Assembly: GCA_002104905.1 (NCBI GenBank)
Contig: MCFE01000079.1
Span: 62,001 to 126,000 of the forward strand
DNA length: 64,000 bases
Direction of reading: 5' to 3'
From: Basidiobolus meristosporus CBS 931.73
Taxonomy: Eukaryota; Fungi; Basidiobolomycota
Shown here: piece by piece, positions 13,200-26,183 of the stretch
Layout of the letters: every line of letters starts with the position of its first letter
Numbering within the stretch: position 1 is the first letter of the stretch
Notes under the pieces: generated by a model
The model's input: the letters and a program-made list of their open reading frames with translations, nothing else
Told to the model about the DNA's origin: nothing
Database searches by the model: none
Position numbers and translations under genes: made by a program

Positions 13200-14328
13200 A
13201 TGTTGGCTAGTTTCCATTTCTTCCCTGTGGGCAGTACTCTGAGATACACCCTGGCTGGTGGCAGTTAAAATAAAGTCCTTTCTTCTAATATTCTTCTGAG
13301 ATGGGGTTCTTCAGCATATCATCTTTTGCCATTGTTACTGCTTCTGACTGTCTTCTTTCATTATAATTGTAGTCTTTCTGATTAGTCATTGTAGGCTTTC
13401 CAACTCCTGACACAGCTGAGTCATAGTCAAGGGCAGTCTTGATTGCTACTTCAATTGTCTGATGTCTTCAATAATTCACTTCCTTCCAATTATTTTCTTT
13501 CAACCCATCAATAAAGTATTCAACATGATGAACAGAGTCCTTTCCTTCAACTTGCTCAAGTAAACATGTATACTCATACATGTATTCTGGAACCACTCCT
13601 TTTGGTCTGAGTGTCTTCAGCTTCCTTCTTAGTAGTGTCTGCTGGTGGGGTGGCTCAAAGGCATATTGAATTTCCAGTACAAACTCTTCCAGGTAGAGAT
13701 AGTAGAGCTTCCCATCATAGTAGCTGACCTGACCTTATTGTGGTACTACTGCAAAGTTGTATCTGCCAGGTAAGAGGGTGCATAATGTAACTTGCTTTCT
13801 GGTGCAATCCCCTTAGCCTGTAAAGCTACTTTAATTCCAAAGAGCCAAGTTCCCAGGTTATCATTGACTCTATCATGATACCAGTTAACCTTAGCAATAA
13901 AGTTGCTGCTGACAGGGCTTTGCCAGTTCTGGTCCATGGTAGTAACTCCTTGTTGCTGCTGGCTGAGGACCATGAGTAACTGTTGCTCTTGGGCCAGGAT
14001 TTGCTGCATTGATACATCCATTGTTGATTTTCCAACATCTGAGCAAGGCTTCACTTTCTTTAGGAGGGAGGTTTGTTGTTATTGCTGCTACCAATGTTAC
14101 AAGTATTAATATAAGAGTTGTAGAAGAATAGGGAGTTTAGTTTCATCATTGCCCATTTAAATCTTTCTTAATATATCTATTTCTGCTGAGTGGGGATCTG
14201 CTGATTTATGTGCTGACAAAAACTACTGAACTGATAGATAACAATGATATACTGATTGGATGAATATAAAGCTGATTGATTTGATTAGAAGTGATCTACC
14301 TTAAATTTTCAAGCAGCAGAGCATTACA
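13200..14328 (-). mobile_element. 5' part of a Ty3/gypsy element: gag remnant plus shortened LTR-A (14095-14328)
   Basis: Gag-like NLGTWLFGIKVALQAKGI (13746-14054). tRNA-iMet-like PBS TGGTAGCAGC on the minus strand at 14084-14093, adjacent to the LTR terminus TGTTACAAG at 14095. Left end approximate. Confidence 0.75.
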
Positions 14329-14329
14329 G

Positions 14330-15190
14330 GCAGACAGCATTCAGGACCAGATATGGACATTATACGTATCTTGTCATGAGTTTTGGCCCCACCTGAGCCC
14401 CTGCAACATTGATGACCTTGATGCAAATTGTTTTCTAGGAGTACTTAGATAAGTTTATGGTAACCCATCTAGATGACATATTAATATACAGCAAGACAGA
14501 AGAGGGCTACTTGGTGCACATTGAAAAGGTCTTGAAGAAGCTGAGAGAGAACAAGCTATATGGCAAGCAAGCAAAGTGTGAATTCTTCAAGGAGCATGTT
14601 GAGTATCTAGGACACATAGAGACTAGCACAGGAGTGGCTTCAGACCCCAAGAAGGTTGAAGTCTTGAAGAATCTGAAGCAGCCCTCAAGCATTTCAGAAC
14701 TCATATCAATCCTTGGAATGGCTTCCTATTCTTGGAGATTAGTCAAGTTCTTTGCAGGTATTAAAGTCCCATTGACTGACATCCCCAAGAAAGAAAACAC
14801 ATTGAAGTGGCTAATGGCCTGTGAGACTGTCTCTCAGAAGCTCAAGAAAGAACTTTATAATCTGTTAAGCTTAAGAATAGCAGACTTCATAAAAGAGCTT
14901 ACTCTGTGCACAGATGCTACAGAATATGCAAATAGTAGAGCACTGAGCTAAGAACATGAGGGAAATGACTACCCAGTTGCTTTTGAATTCATGAAACCAA
15001 GCTCAGCAGAACAAAACTCTCCAATACATGAGCAGGAGATGCTTGCCATCATACACTGCTTAAAGACATGGAGATGCTAAATTGAGAGGGTCAAGTGCAG
15101 TGTGCCCACTGATCATGCCTCACTCAAGTGTTTATTTACTCAGAAGGTACTATCAGGAAGAATGACACAATGATTTCTAGCAGCCACTTG
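14330..15190 (+). mobile_element. Ty3/gypsy RT and RNase H remnant
   Basis: FRTRYGHY (about 14340), HLDDILIYSKTEE...KCEFFKEHVEYLGH and LCTDATEYA (14457-14951), then HEQEMLAII and TDHASLK. Confidence 0.88.
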
Positions 15191-18100
15191 AATATTAGCT
15201 CACTCATCATCATTACACTCAATGGCATCACTGATCTTCGATGACTTTTGATCATTAAGCTTGGGTGTAAATGCCACAGTGTCTCCCTTGCATGTTGTGA
15301 TAGGTTTTTCTGTTGGCTTTATCTCTGGATGCTGTTGTTTTGAATCTAAGGCTGCATGGTGTTCTTCTGCTGTTACATTAGGAAATAGCTCAGTTCTTAG
15401 CTGTGACATTGAGCTACTTTAGTTCTTTCTTTGCAGCAAAGATACATTGTTCTCTGCCTGGGATATTAATTGCTCTACACATATTTTCCACTCATCTTGC
15501 CTCTTGACTACTTACTAATTTCTCTGGGTCATTGCATCTATCTTTCAGCCACTGTAACTAATTGCCTCACTAATGCTGTAGTATAAGCTGACAACATACT
15601 TGCTAATATGGGTGGTGGTGATGTTATGACAGCCACTTTCTGGCTTTCAACCCAGGGTACTGTGTTTGCTACATTCTCATTAGCCTGATAATTATGGTTC
15701 ACCATTAGCTCCACAGAAATTTTCATTTGCCAACTTGACTGGAAGCCTGAGGATTCTTCATTATTACCTTAAGTGGGTACACTGACATCATGGTTTTTTT
15801 TGGGTGTTAGCCCTGCTTGTTGTAAAGAATGTCAAAGCAAGCTGTTGTCCAACTGTTCTTCTGCTGCTGTCAATGGTGGGGCTTTGTTGGAAACCATACA
15901 ACTTTGCTTTATTTTTTGGCATTATATATATGGAAGTGAGTCAAACCAAAGGGGATATAGTGTTATATATATGTGTATGTGGTGCCCCAATTTTACTTAT
16001 AATGCTTACTATGGCAGGCCAGCATTAGATCTTACATACATGTGGGTGCAGTGTCTCAATTACAATACTGTCTTAAGTTCACATGAGTATTGACAAAAAA
16101 GTGATATTACAGTGTTACATTGCTGAGTGTCAACCTGTTTGCCCCATGGAGAAGACTACTTTGATTCAACTCTTTAAGAGAAGAGGGAAAAGATTATGTG
16201 GCTATTGTAACAAGCCTCTCAGCCTTGAAGTATGCAGACAGCATAGGAAGTATTGCAAGGATCATATATAGTGTATTGCCACACAAGTCATATTTGACCA
16301 TTCATCAGTTACTACTGTACCCATCTAAAGAAGTTTATACAGCTCAACAAGTATTATAAAGCTGTAAAGTGCTGCAATCAGTATTGATCAAATGCAAGCA
16401 TTTCTGATAAATAAGATTGGAAAAATTACAAACCAGTGAGAAGCAAGGGCTACTCTGAAGGTATATATGATTAATGCCTATGCCTTAGCACTTAATAGAT
16501 TCTCATTAAGCAAATACTCAACTAGAAAATCCTGCTGGCCACTGATTCTCATCAACCTTGATCTGCCACCATTGCATAGTATCAGAGCCAAAATGTGATA
16601 GTAGTCTCACTAGTATCTGGGCCTTGATCACCATCCAAGCTTAACAACTACCTGCGTTCATTGCTGGATGAGTTTTGTGTGCTTTCCAACAGATAACACT
16701 AAATGGCAGTCCTATCAAAATGCGTATTATTGTTACAAGTCTTGATATAGGAGTTGTAGAGGAATAAGAAGTTTAGTTAGTGTTTGTATACACTAAAACT
16801 CAAACTGATTTTTATTAAGGTTCCAGCAGCTCCTTATATAAATTTTGCCCAATCAATTGCTGACTAATTGTGTTTCCTAATGTAGGTTCTGGTTGATGAC
16901 TCATTTTAGTGCATCATCATCACCTAATATAATCCTACATAACATATCCATTTCTGTCTGATAAGGATCTGCTGACTCATTTGCTGACTAATGCCACTGA
17001 TTTGATAGATAACACTGATATACTGATTGGCTAAACATATAACTAATTGACTTAACTAAAATCTGATCTAACTTAAACATTCACGTGGTAGATCATAACA
17101 TTATTATCTCCATTGCAGATACCCCCACCATCAGCAAGAAAGCTGGATTTTCTGAGCACAATGTATAGTATTGCTGTCCAATGTGTCAAAACTAGGGGAT
17201 TTACTCCATAACTCACACACATTATTATTATCTAAATACCAACACTTAGGACATCATTCTCACACAGAGGGAATATGCACTAGTCAGCATCCAGTTGCAG
17301 CCAAGTTGGCAAGCTTTACACCATTGGCTTGGATCATGAATAATTGGAAACCAGAGACATATATAGAGTGTATTTGTGGAGAAAAAGCTTTCCACTGGGA
17401 GCAGTGCCTTTGTTTCTAAACAATATCCCAACACTAGTGACCAAGTTGTACATAGGGCATTTCAAGCTGCATAATCCTTTTGAGGTACCAGAGAAGCTTG
17501 AAAGAACTAGTAAATTATCATCAAGTATCCACTACCTAAAGTACTGCTCATGGGCTCCAACACACACTCATATGCATATGCAACAATACAAATGCAAGAA
17601 CTGGATAAGTATTTATTGCAGTGGCCTTCTGAAGACATTTCTACCAAGAGTGCATTGGAAGCATTGGGAGTCATATGTTCACATCAAAGGAGAATTTATC
17701 CCAAATTGGATCACCAAAGCAAACTTGAAAAATATACTGCTTTTATTCAAGGGGTTTGTAACAGGACTTGAGCAGCTAAATTACTAACATATAGCTTAAC
17801 ATGTAGATCTCTGCTGCTACTGTACTCATTTACTTCTCCCTCTTGCTTGGTGTATTGAGAATATTGGCCCTTGCTTCACCTTTTGGGAGTTTCCTATGGT
17901 GTGGATGTGGCAGATATAGGAAGACAAGTCAAGTTGCAAGTACTACCATATTCCAATCTCATCAAGAGTGTTTCCTTCAAGTCCAACATAGTTGTGATGA
18001 GTTTGCACATGGAGGACAGCCAGGAAGAGTTGGAAAATACTGGGGACAGATGTGCATATGGAGACACTTATGCCTTTGGCATTATGAAGCTATGCAGCTC

Positions 18101-18240
18101 CAATGTGTGGGTAATCAGTTAAGTGATGTAAAGTTGGTTTGGGTGCATAAAGCAACTAATTTTTTAGTAGGATAACATTACCAAAGTACACTAGGCTTCT
18201 CCTAGACACAAACTAATTTCTACACCACTCAGTATGGAAA
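15190..18240. mobile_element. CACTA/En-Spm-like DNA transposon relic, copy 1 (plus-strand Tnp2-type transposase pseudogene and a divergent minus-strand ORF remnant)
   Basis: 16330-18240 is colinear with 20985-23320 (KSCWPLILINL; GHFKLHN; WCGC...IGRQVKLQVLPYSNL). 15190-15510 is homologous to 20060-20370 (IKPTEKPIT...IECND). No TIRs found. Confidence 0.75.
16731..17100 (-). repeat. Solo LTR family A with 4-bp TSD TTAT, inserted in the CACTA transposase
   Basis: TGTTACAAG...GATCATAACA. TTAT at 16727-16730 and 17101-17104. The homologous site in copy 2 (about 21383) has a single TTAT. Confidence 0.92.
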
Positions 18241-18699
18241 TCCCACAAATAAGGGCCAGAGCACACCTAATGGCAACTAGAATTCAGCAGGTAGAAGGAA
18301 TTTATTGGTCAAATGCCAAAAAGTTCTTTGCAGATACTCAGGAGGTCCATATGGAAAAGTTGTAGCAACCAAGCATAAGCCCTATGAAAAATAATTGTTA
18401 TGATCCCATTAAAAGGCCATCACTAATTCTAAGTCCCATGACTGAAAGGTATTGTTACCATTAGGACACCATGCAAAGACCATCAAAAAATAATTGCACA
18501 CCAGATTTTACAAAAGACTTGGTCATAATTTTTCATCACAACAATTCAAAAGTGGCTTTTGATAGGTTTTCTGCTAATTATCTCCCTTTCTGATCCAGTA
18601 CACTTGCCTCCTACTTTGTGTGCACTGAATGGCTATTGCCTCTTTTTCACATTCCTTACTTCCTGATTCAGCCATTTCTCTTACTTTTCAAGCGTACAT

Positions 18700-21600
18700 A
18701 TTGATTTATCTCTGTTGAAACTTTGGTTGTACCTCAATTGCCAATTTGATTGACCTATACAAGCTCCTATACCTTACACTAACATTAGGTTCAGCCCCAC
18801 ATTCAACAAGTAACTCCATTAAAATTCCCCTCTCTATAAGTATCTCAGCTGTAATGCTGTGTTTCCATGACTTTGGTGGGAACCCTACAGCTTTATGCCA
18901 CTCTTTATTTACTGGTTCCCATACATCCTGGGCTTCAGCTGGCACTACAAGATCTAGCTCCTCATCTACCAGTCTTTGCAATAAATTCTTGCAATATTCA
19001 AGTGCATTTTCTTGAGAACTGCTGATGAAGAAGTGCTGCAACCTTGTAGTGTGGCTATCAATGTTCCAAAACTCCACTGAAGGCATTGCAATAACCTTTA
19101 GAGTTCTTGACATTGCTTCTTTGTCTTTCAGTGGGATCTCCACTCTGTCAAAAATGGGGGATGTGGAGGCTGTGATAGAAAAGTTGCCTTTCTCTGCAAA
19201 CTCATCTACTTACCTGGAGTGTAGCTCAACTGGCTGTGCTTCCAACTCTTGTAAAGCAGCTGTTTTCTTGCTGGTAACTTACTTGGCTATGATAAGATTA
19301 AGTCTATTCCTGGTTTACATATTAATTGGCAAGAACTGCAGCTTTTTTCTCATGCTTCCCTCTCTCCAGCTTGGGTGGGCTCTCTTCCCTTTACCTTTTT
19401 CTTCATCACCTCCAGGCCTTTCACTGCTACTTTGTCTGAGTGCTTATTGTATTGAACAACATTTTCTCCTTGATAATTGCTATTCTGATGTATCTGTTCT
19501 GGCCTGCTTGTTCCTTGCTGGTACTCTGCAGGCAACCTGATGCTTCTTTTTCACTTGTTTCAAGCTCTCAGCCCATGTTGTGACAGGCTCCTGAGGTAGC
19601 CCTTTGTTTTATCAATGCCAGGGCCTTCACTGCTACTCCAACAGAGTGCATTTGGAGTAGCACCATGCATTTTTCTTGGTATATGTTGTTCTGGTGCTTT
19701 TTTGCATGCCTGCTTTTCCCTTATTGGCACTCTTCCAGCAAGCTGATGTCTCTTTGACACTTGTTTGGAGCTTTTGGCCCTGCTTGTAACAGGCTCTTGA
19801 GGAAGCCACTGATTTTTAGCCATTATAACCTTGTTCTTCTCTTCTTGATAGTTTCTGCTATTCTTGAGATACTTTCTTGACATAACAATGCTGGCCAAAA
19901 ATATATTTGCTTGTTTGAATGAAGGATAATGGTCATGGAGCAAGGCAAGCACATTTTGCTTTGCCTTGAGTTCCTTATGGTCCAATGGTATGCTGGCCTT
20001 AAGGTGTTGGCATGCTAGACTTCTAGCGGCCACTTGAATATTTGCCCAGTGTTCATCATTGCACTCAATGACATTACCAATCTTCAATGTCTTGTGATTT
20101 TTTGGCTTTAGTATAAATACTGCATTTTTTCCCTCCCATGCTGTGATAGGTTTTTCTGTAGGCTTCATCTTTAGTCACTGCTTGTTGTGCATCAAAGACT
20201 GTACAGTATTCATCTGCTGCTACATTGAGAAATGGCTCAATTCTTGGCTGTTACAATGCGCTACTTGGGTTCCTTCATTGCAGCAAAGATATTGCTTTCT
20301 TCATCTGGAATAATGATTGCTCTATACCTTTTATCTACTCATCCTGTTTATGGACTATTTCCAGATATCTTGCTGGCTGCTTGACACTTCAACAACAACA
20401 CCTAGCCATACATGTCACCTTGCACAAACTGAGTCAGGTGAGTTTGTGACACCTTTAGGCTCACCCCATCCATCTGAATATGGCACTCAAAGTGATGCTT
20501 TTAAGGAGCAGGCTCACTGATGGACTGTGAGCCTATCTTCCCTAACAACAGTGCCCTGCATGGGCCCAACAAAGTCCCATTATATAATGCAACAACACCT
20601 GTCAAAACAAATGCCAAGGATACTTTATGTAGTCAAGTGAGCCAAGTAGTTACTCTACTGGTGAATCATGCGATATTGTGGGTTGAGAAGTAGTGCATTT
20701 CCACCAATATCAGTAATGGGGGCTTTGAGGACCCACTACTACTTCTTGCCAAAATCATTCCAAGATGCAACTTACCATGTACACAGTACAAGTGGACAAC
20801 CATCATGCAGCTGGCAACATATGATTCTGAGACTGTCCTGATTCCAGCATGTGTTAATAGTTGCATGGCATTCACATCCAAAAATGCTACCATTGCAACG
20901 TGCCCAAATTGTCAGGAATCAACCACCATTGAGGGAAAACATCATTCACACTCCAGATATATTTTGGTCATACCCTGTCTGAGGAAGCTAATGCAGTCCA
21001 ACAAATAATGCAAAGCTATTCAGTACTGCACTCAGTATAAGTCAAGCACAAACATATCCAATATATTTAATGGCAAACATTACAAAGTGCTAGAAGCAAG
21101 GGCTACCTTGAAGGTATGATATGACTATGCTTTGGCCTTAGCACTTGATGGATTCTCATTAAACAAGTACTCTACCAGCAAATCCTGCTGGCCACTGATT
21201 CTCATTAATCTGAATCTGCTGCCCATCTTACAGTATCAGAGCAATAATATGATGGTAGTCTCACTAGTATCTGGACCTAAATTACCGTCCAACCTGGATA
21301 GCTACCTGTATCCATTACTGGATGAATTTGTATGCTCTCCTTTGGGATAACAGTAAATGGCTATCATGACAAAGCCCATCTTATTATATGAGTTGGAGAT
21401 ATCCCAGCCATCAGCAAGAGAGCCAGCTTTTCTGGGCACAATGAGCAGTATTGCTGTTGAATTATGTGAGATTCCAGGGACTCACTCCATAACTCACACA
21501 CATAATTATTGCCCTAACTCCTACACTAAGAATATCATCTGTCTGCAGAGAGAATATACAGAAGTCAGCATGCAATAGCAGCAAAGTGGGCAAGCTATAA

Positions 21601-23570
21601 GCCATTGGCCAGAATTTGGAATTAATTGGAAACTGGTGATACTTAAGATCAAAGGTATCTGTTGGAGCAAAAGCTTTCCACTGGGAGGAATGCCTTTGCT
21701 TCTCAACAATATCCTATACTGATGACCAAGTTGTTCATGGGCATTTCAAGCTAAATGAGCTCTTTGAGATACTGGAGAAATTTGAATGAAATGGCAAGAA
21801 AATCACAGAGTATCTGCTACTATATGTACTTCTCATGGGCTCCAATCAGCATTTATATGCATATGCAGCAATACTAGTGCAAGGACTGGATGAGCTGGAT
21901 ATGTATTTATTCAAGTGGCTGTCTGAAGCCATTTCAATCTAGAGTATATTGGAAGTGTTGTGATAAGGTAAGCATACCTCCCACAGACAAGTTTATTCAT
22001 ATAGCCATTATGATATACTTATCCATATTTTATCTTATCAGTGTTATCCCATTCTTCTTTTGCTCATATTATTCAGTATTATCCCCATATGATGTTTACC
22101 CTGATTAGTTATTAGCATTAGTTATCCCAGATGTTATTCAGCTTTGTGGTCAGTATATGTATCTAGATAAGGCAAGTACCTGCATCAGCACCTGTGACAT
22201 GTGACCTAGGTCTGTGTTACCACCCCTACCATTTCAATACCATATATGGTGTTCCTATGTTGCACAGGTTTCAGACTACTGATTCCTGATTGGTTGGATG
22301 TGCTGTGCCTTTTAGAACCTTCCTGGACATTCTTGGCATATTTTTAGCTCAGAGTGATGTCATCAAGAATTCCACTGATGCCTAGAATCTTCTCAAGCCT
22401 TGTCATTAGTAATCACTTGGCAATCAGAAAGAGTATTTAAGGGAAAGGCAATCCCTCATCAATAAATCATCCCTTCTATCAGTAACACTTCTACCTTATT
22501 GATTAGCAGTTGATCACTGCACCTGCCTTCAACAGTACATCTCAGACCTGCCACCAAGGAGCTTTTCAGGGTAGTGCACAAGACATGGAGGCCTTTGGAG
22601 ACACTTGGAGCACCTAGGAAGCTAGCAAAGCAGGACCTTCTACCATAGTGACATATTGACAAAGACACCAGCAGATTAGACACAGAGGTTATTGCAGCCA
22701 TCAGAAACCTCACACACCTTGAGTTGTGTAGCTTCTCCCAGGAGTACCTCTACACCACCACAGCATTGGGGGTCTTATATTTACCTTGTAGGAATATTTA
22801 TCCAAAAGCAGATCACCAATGCCAACTTGACACATCTACAGCTTTTGTGCAAAGAGTTTGTGGTGAGATTTTGACCTGCAATGCTACAAACATAAAGCTG
22901 GGCCTGTAGATTCTTGCCACCACTGTATCCATTTGCTACCCCATCTTACTTGGTGTATTGAATATAATGGACCTTGCTTCATCTTTTGGGAGCTTCCTAT
23001 AGAGCAGATGTGTGGGGAGATAGGAAGACAAGTCAAGTTGCAGGTAAAACCTTATCCCAATCTCATCAAGAATATCACCTTCAACTCTGTTGTGGATGTG
23101 ATGAGTTGGCCAGTGGAGGACAGCCAGGAGGAGTAGAAAATACAGAGGACAAATGTGCACATTGAGACACCTATGCCTATGGCATTATGAAGTTATGCAG
23201 CCCCAATGCGTGGGTAATCAGTCAAGTAATGCAAAGGTGAGTTGGGTGCAATTAGCAAATAACTTTTATTAGGAAAATTCTACCAATGTATGCTGGGTTT
23301 CTCTTGGTCACAAGCCAATTTCAACACGATTAAGTGCATGTATTAAACTAAAAAGCCATAAAGTTGAGGTGATAGAAGTCTGTCAATTGCAGCAGGTGTG
23401 CATGTATGTAGAGGTAAATAAGCATGAGGCCATAGTTTTTTGGATTCAGGCTATATGTGGAATACCCAAGGTAGTAGTGGGTAAGCAAAAAGTGAGGGGC
23501 AATCTTGCAGTGGAAGATATGAATAGCATAAGAGGAGGTATAAAAAGAAAATACTGTTGGGTAAATTAGT
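18700..23570. mobile_element. CACTA/En-Spm-like DNA transposon relic, copy 2
   Basis: Plus strand: ACVNSCMAFT...TCPNCQE (20805-21008) and LALDGFSLNKYSTSKSCWPLILINLNL...VSGPKLPSNLDSYLYPLLDEF (21132-21350), matching Transposase_21 (tnp2) motifs. Minus strand: fragmented second ORF (18706-19143, 19560-20168). Boundaries approximate. Confidence 0.82.
21959..22762 (+). repeat. Solo LTR family B (804 bp), inserted in CACTA copy 2
   Basis: Reverse complement of the LTRs at 29366-30169 and 32178-32981, and the same length. Flanks are GTGT (21955-21958) and GCAT (22763-22766). The empty site in copy 1 reads ttggaa-gcat-tggg. Confidence 0.93.
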
Positions 23571-24027
23571 ATGGTAGCATTATACAGAGCTATTTGTAGG
23601 CTGCTGTATTGCTGTTATAATGCCAGCAGAGGTTTACAATGAGGCTGTCAGAATACCGTCAAGTTTTTGCTATATAAGGCATTTGGATGTATTAGTCAGC
23701 TAGGTCTACTCAAATAAATGAAGGATGCTTCAAAACTGTTGGAATGCCTGGCAATTCTTGTCAAAAGACCTCAAAAACACTGTCAAGTCTTTACTTTATT
23801 TGGCAGTAAAATTAGCAAAACACTGTTACAATCCAATCATAAGATTTTTGTATGGAGGGTCAGTAATTCCAAGCTGCAAGGATTTTGACAAACTCCGTGC
23901 TGGAGCCTGATGGCTGATCTGGACTGGATTGAAACATAAGTCTAAATTATCTCTCATAGGGACAGATGCATCAGTGCAGCATTTATGAAGGAAAAAATAT
24001 AGTACCATACAAGAAGCACCAAGTCAA

Positions 24028-26183
24028 TGTTATGAATAGACACAAGGTAGGAGGGTAGAGCTAGGCAAGGCAGGACCAGGAAAGGATTTAGGTGTGAATC
24101 AACAAGGCTAGGTAGATTCCAAGGCAAGGATGTCTATTCAAGACCTGTATGTATCCAACTGAGGAATACATAAAGAGGGATAGAACAATATACACTTTTT
24201 AGCAATATGGATGCTAAGGGATAATGGGTAATACTCATGAGGTTGTGTGGTGAGGCACAGTAAGTGTGCCAAGATAGATATAATCTAAAGAACAGACTAG
24301 AGCATTACATGTTGATAAACCTGGTCTCAGCTGATCATGTGAATAGGTCATGTGACATGCAATTACTCTATAGGGTATTTGGCTACATAAATTCCAAAGG
24401 GAAGTTCTATAAAATATTCCATTGTGTAATTTTGACTTGGAGCTTTTAAGAAGTTGCTGGAATGTAATAGAACTCTCTAGAAGGAGCTGGGAATTCTTCC
24501 CAACTTGATTTCGCTGCATCATGAAAGGTCAAGGATGTCATGTGATCATGACACTATTCTCCTCCTCTGAGGGGCTTTCCTCAAGCTTTTGGCTTTGGCT
24601 TGCTGGGGTATGTCTGATGAAATAGCACAACTAGATCTTGGCAGTTTGTTAAGTTTGTTGCTGGTTCCCAAGTTTGATCACTTGGGCCAAAACCAACCCT
24701 GTCTACTAGGTAGTGATATTGGTATCTGATGGACTTTGAACTTAGTACTTGCTGAACCTCAAACTCTTGATGTTTGTCTACTTGAATGGCTGGGAGATTT
24801 ACCAGGTGCTGGTTGGTTAATTTACTCTCATGGATTGATGCTTGGTTGTACCTGTAGTTAGTTTACAACTGGCTCTGTTTCTTCTTGATCCTGGATATAT
24901 CTAGTCTTTTGTAGTCCAACCTGGCACTAGAGTGGCTGGTAGCAGTGTTTCTTCTCAAGAACTATACTGAATCTCCTTCATTAAGCTTGGGGCTAGGCTG
25001 TTGTTTGTTATCTGACAACTTCTTCTACCCCTCATGGGCTAAGGATAGTACTTACTTGAGTGTTTCTTGGATTTCAAGAATTATTGACCCATACTTGGCT
25101 GCTGGGGGATTATAGGGTTTGTGAGAACTTGAATACTAAATTATGAATGAAAACCATATTTTGTATAGAATGGGGTCAGACCAATTGCACTAAGACATGA
25201 GTTGGTGTAGGCAAATTCTGCAAGTTGTAGCAGCTGGGTCCAGTTGTCTTGCTGATAGCTGATATAGCACCAGAGGTATTGTTCAAGTATCTAGTTAATT
25301 CTTTCAGTCTGACAATCTAATTGCAGATGGAAAGCAGTTGAGAGCTTGACTAGTATACCAAGATATTGCATGAAGTATTTCCAGAATTTCAATATGAACT
25401 GGGGCCCTCTATCAAATACAATTTCACTGAGGATACCATGAAGCTGGAAGTTATTCTTGATTACTAGGTGGGCAGTCTCCTTGGCATCTATATTCTTGGA
25501 GCATGGAATGAGGTGAGCTATCTTTGTGAGTCTATCTGTCACTGCCAAGACTGCCCTGAATTGGTTGGATTCTGGAAGGTTGATAAAGAAGTCCATTGAA
25601 ATTAACTTCCATTGCAAGTCAGGGATTGACCATGGTTGAAGAAGTCCAAATGACTGGGGCCTGCCAGATTTGGCACAATTACATGTATCACAGGATAGGA
25701 GATACTCCTTGACAAGGGATTTCATCTTTGGCCACCAGAAATCTCTCTTGATTGCATTCATGGTTTTGGCAGTAGCAAAATATCCTGCAGCCATTGAAGA
25801 ATGGCAAGAATGAATGATATCTAACTGAGTATCAGGTTTGGGATAGACAGTTTGTGCTTGTGGTATTTGATGTCATTGACTAGATGTAGGTACTGGAGGT
25901 CTGGGAACTTGGGTGAAGGGTTAGTGAGAGACTTGGGATATTCCTTGATTGTTGAGGATGTGTAATTGGTGGCTTTGCTTATCTTGACTTTCTCAAGGAT
26001 TAAAGAAGCTACAAGACAGGAGGACTGGGTTGCAACAAGCTCAAAGTGTCTTTTGTTGAGTACATGGTTTTTATTTGCAAATAGGTATCATCCCCTTCTT
26101 CAAGTATAACTCCACCTTCCTGGCCAGGGTATCAAGTTTTCCCTGCTTTACACCTGGTCTATAGCTGTTGACAAAGTCAAAAC
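24028..26183 (-). mobile_element. 3' part of a chromovirus (Ty3/gypsy integrase with chromodomain, PPT and 3' LTR 24028-24553)
   Basis: Integrase IKRDFWWPKM...SCDTC...ISMDFF...VTDRLTK (25291-25794). Chromodomain at about 24600-24790 (QEFEVQQVL...YLV...GFGPSDQTWEPATNLTNCQDLVVLFHQTYPSKP). PPT AGAGGAGGAGAATAG. LTR termini TGTCATGA...TCATAACA. Confidence 0.88.

Noticed and set aside
19025-19540. Hydrophobic 171-aa plus-strand ORF
   Set aside because: Antisense to the Lys/Glu/Gln-rich CACTA second ORF; the hydrophobicity is the expected mirror effect.
18240-24027. CACTA terminal inverted repeats
   Set aside because: Isolated CACTA/CAGTG pentamers (for example 18421) have no convincing inverted partner or 3-bp TSD.
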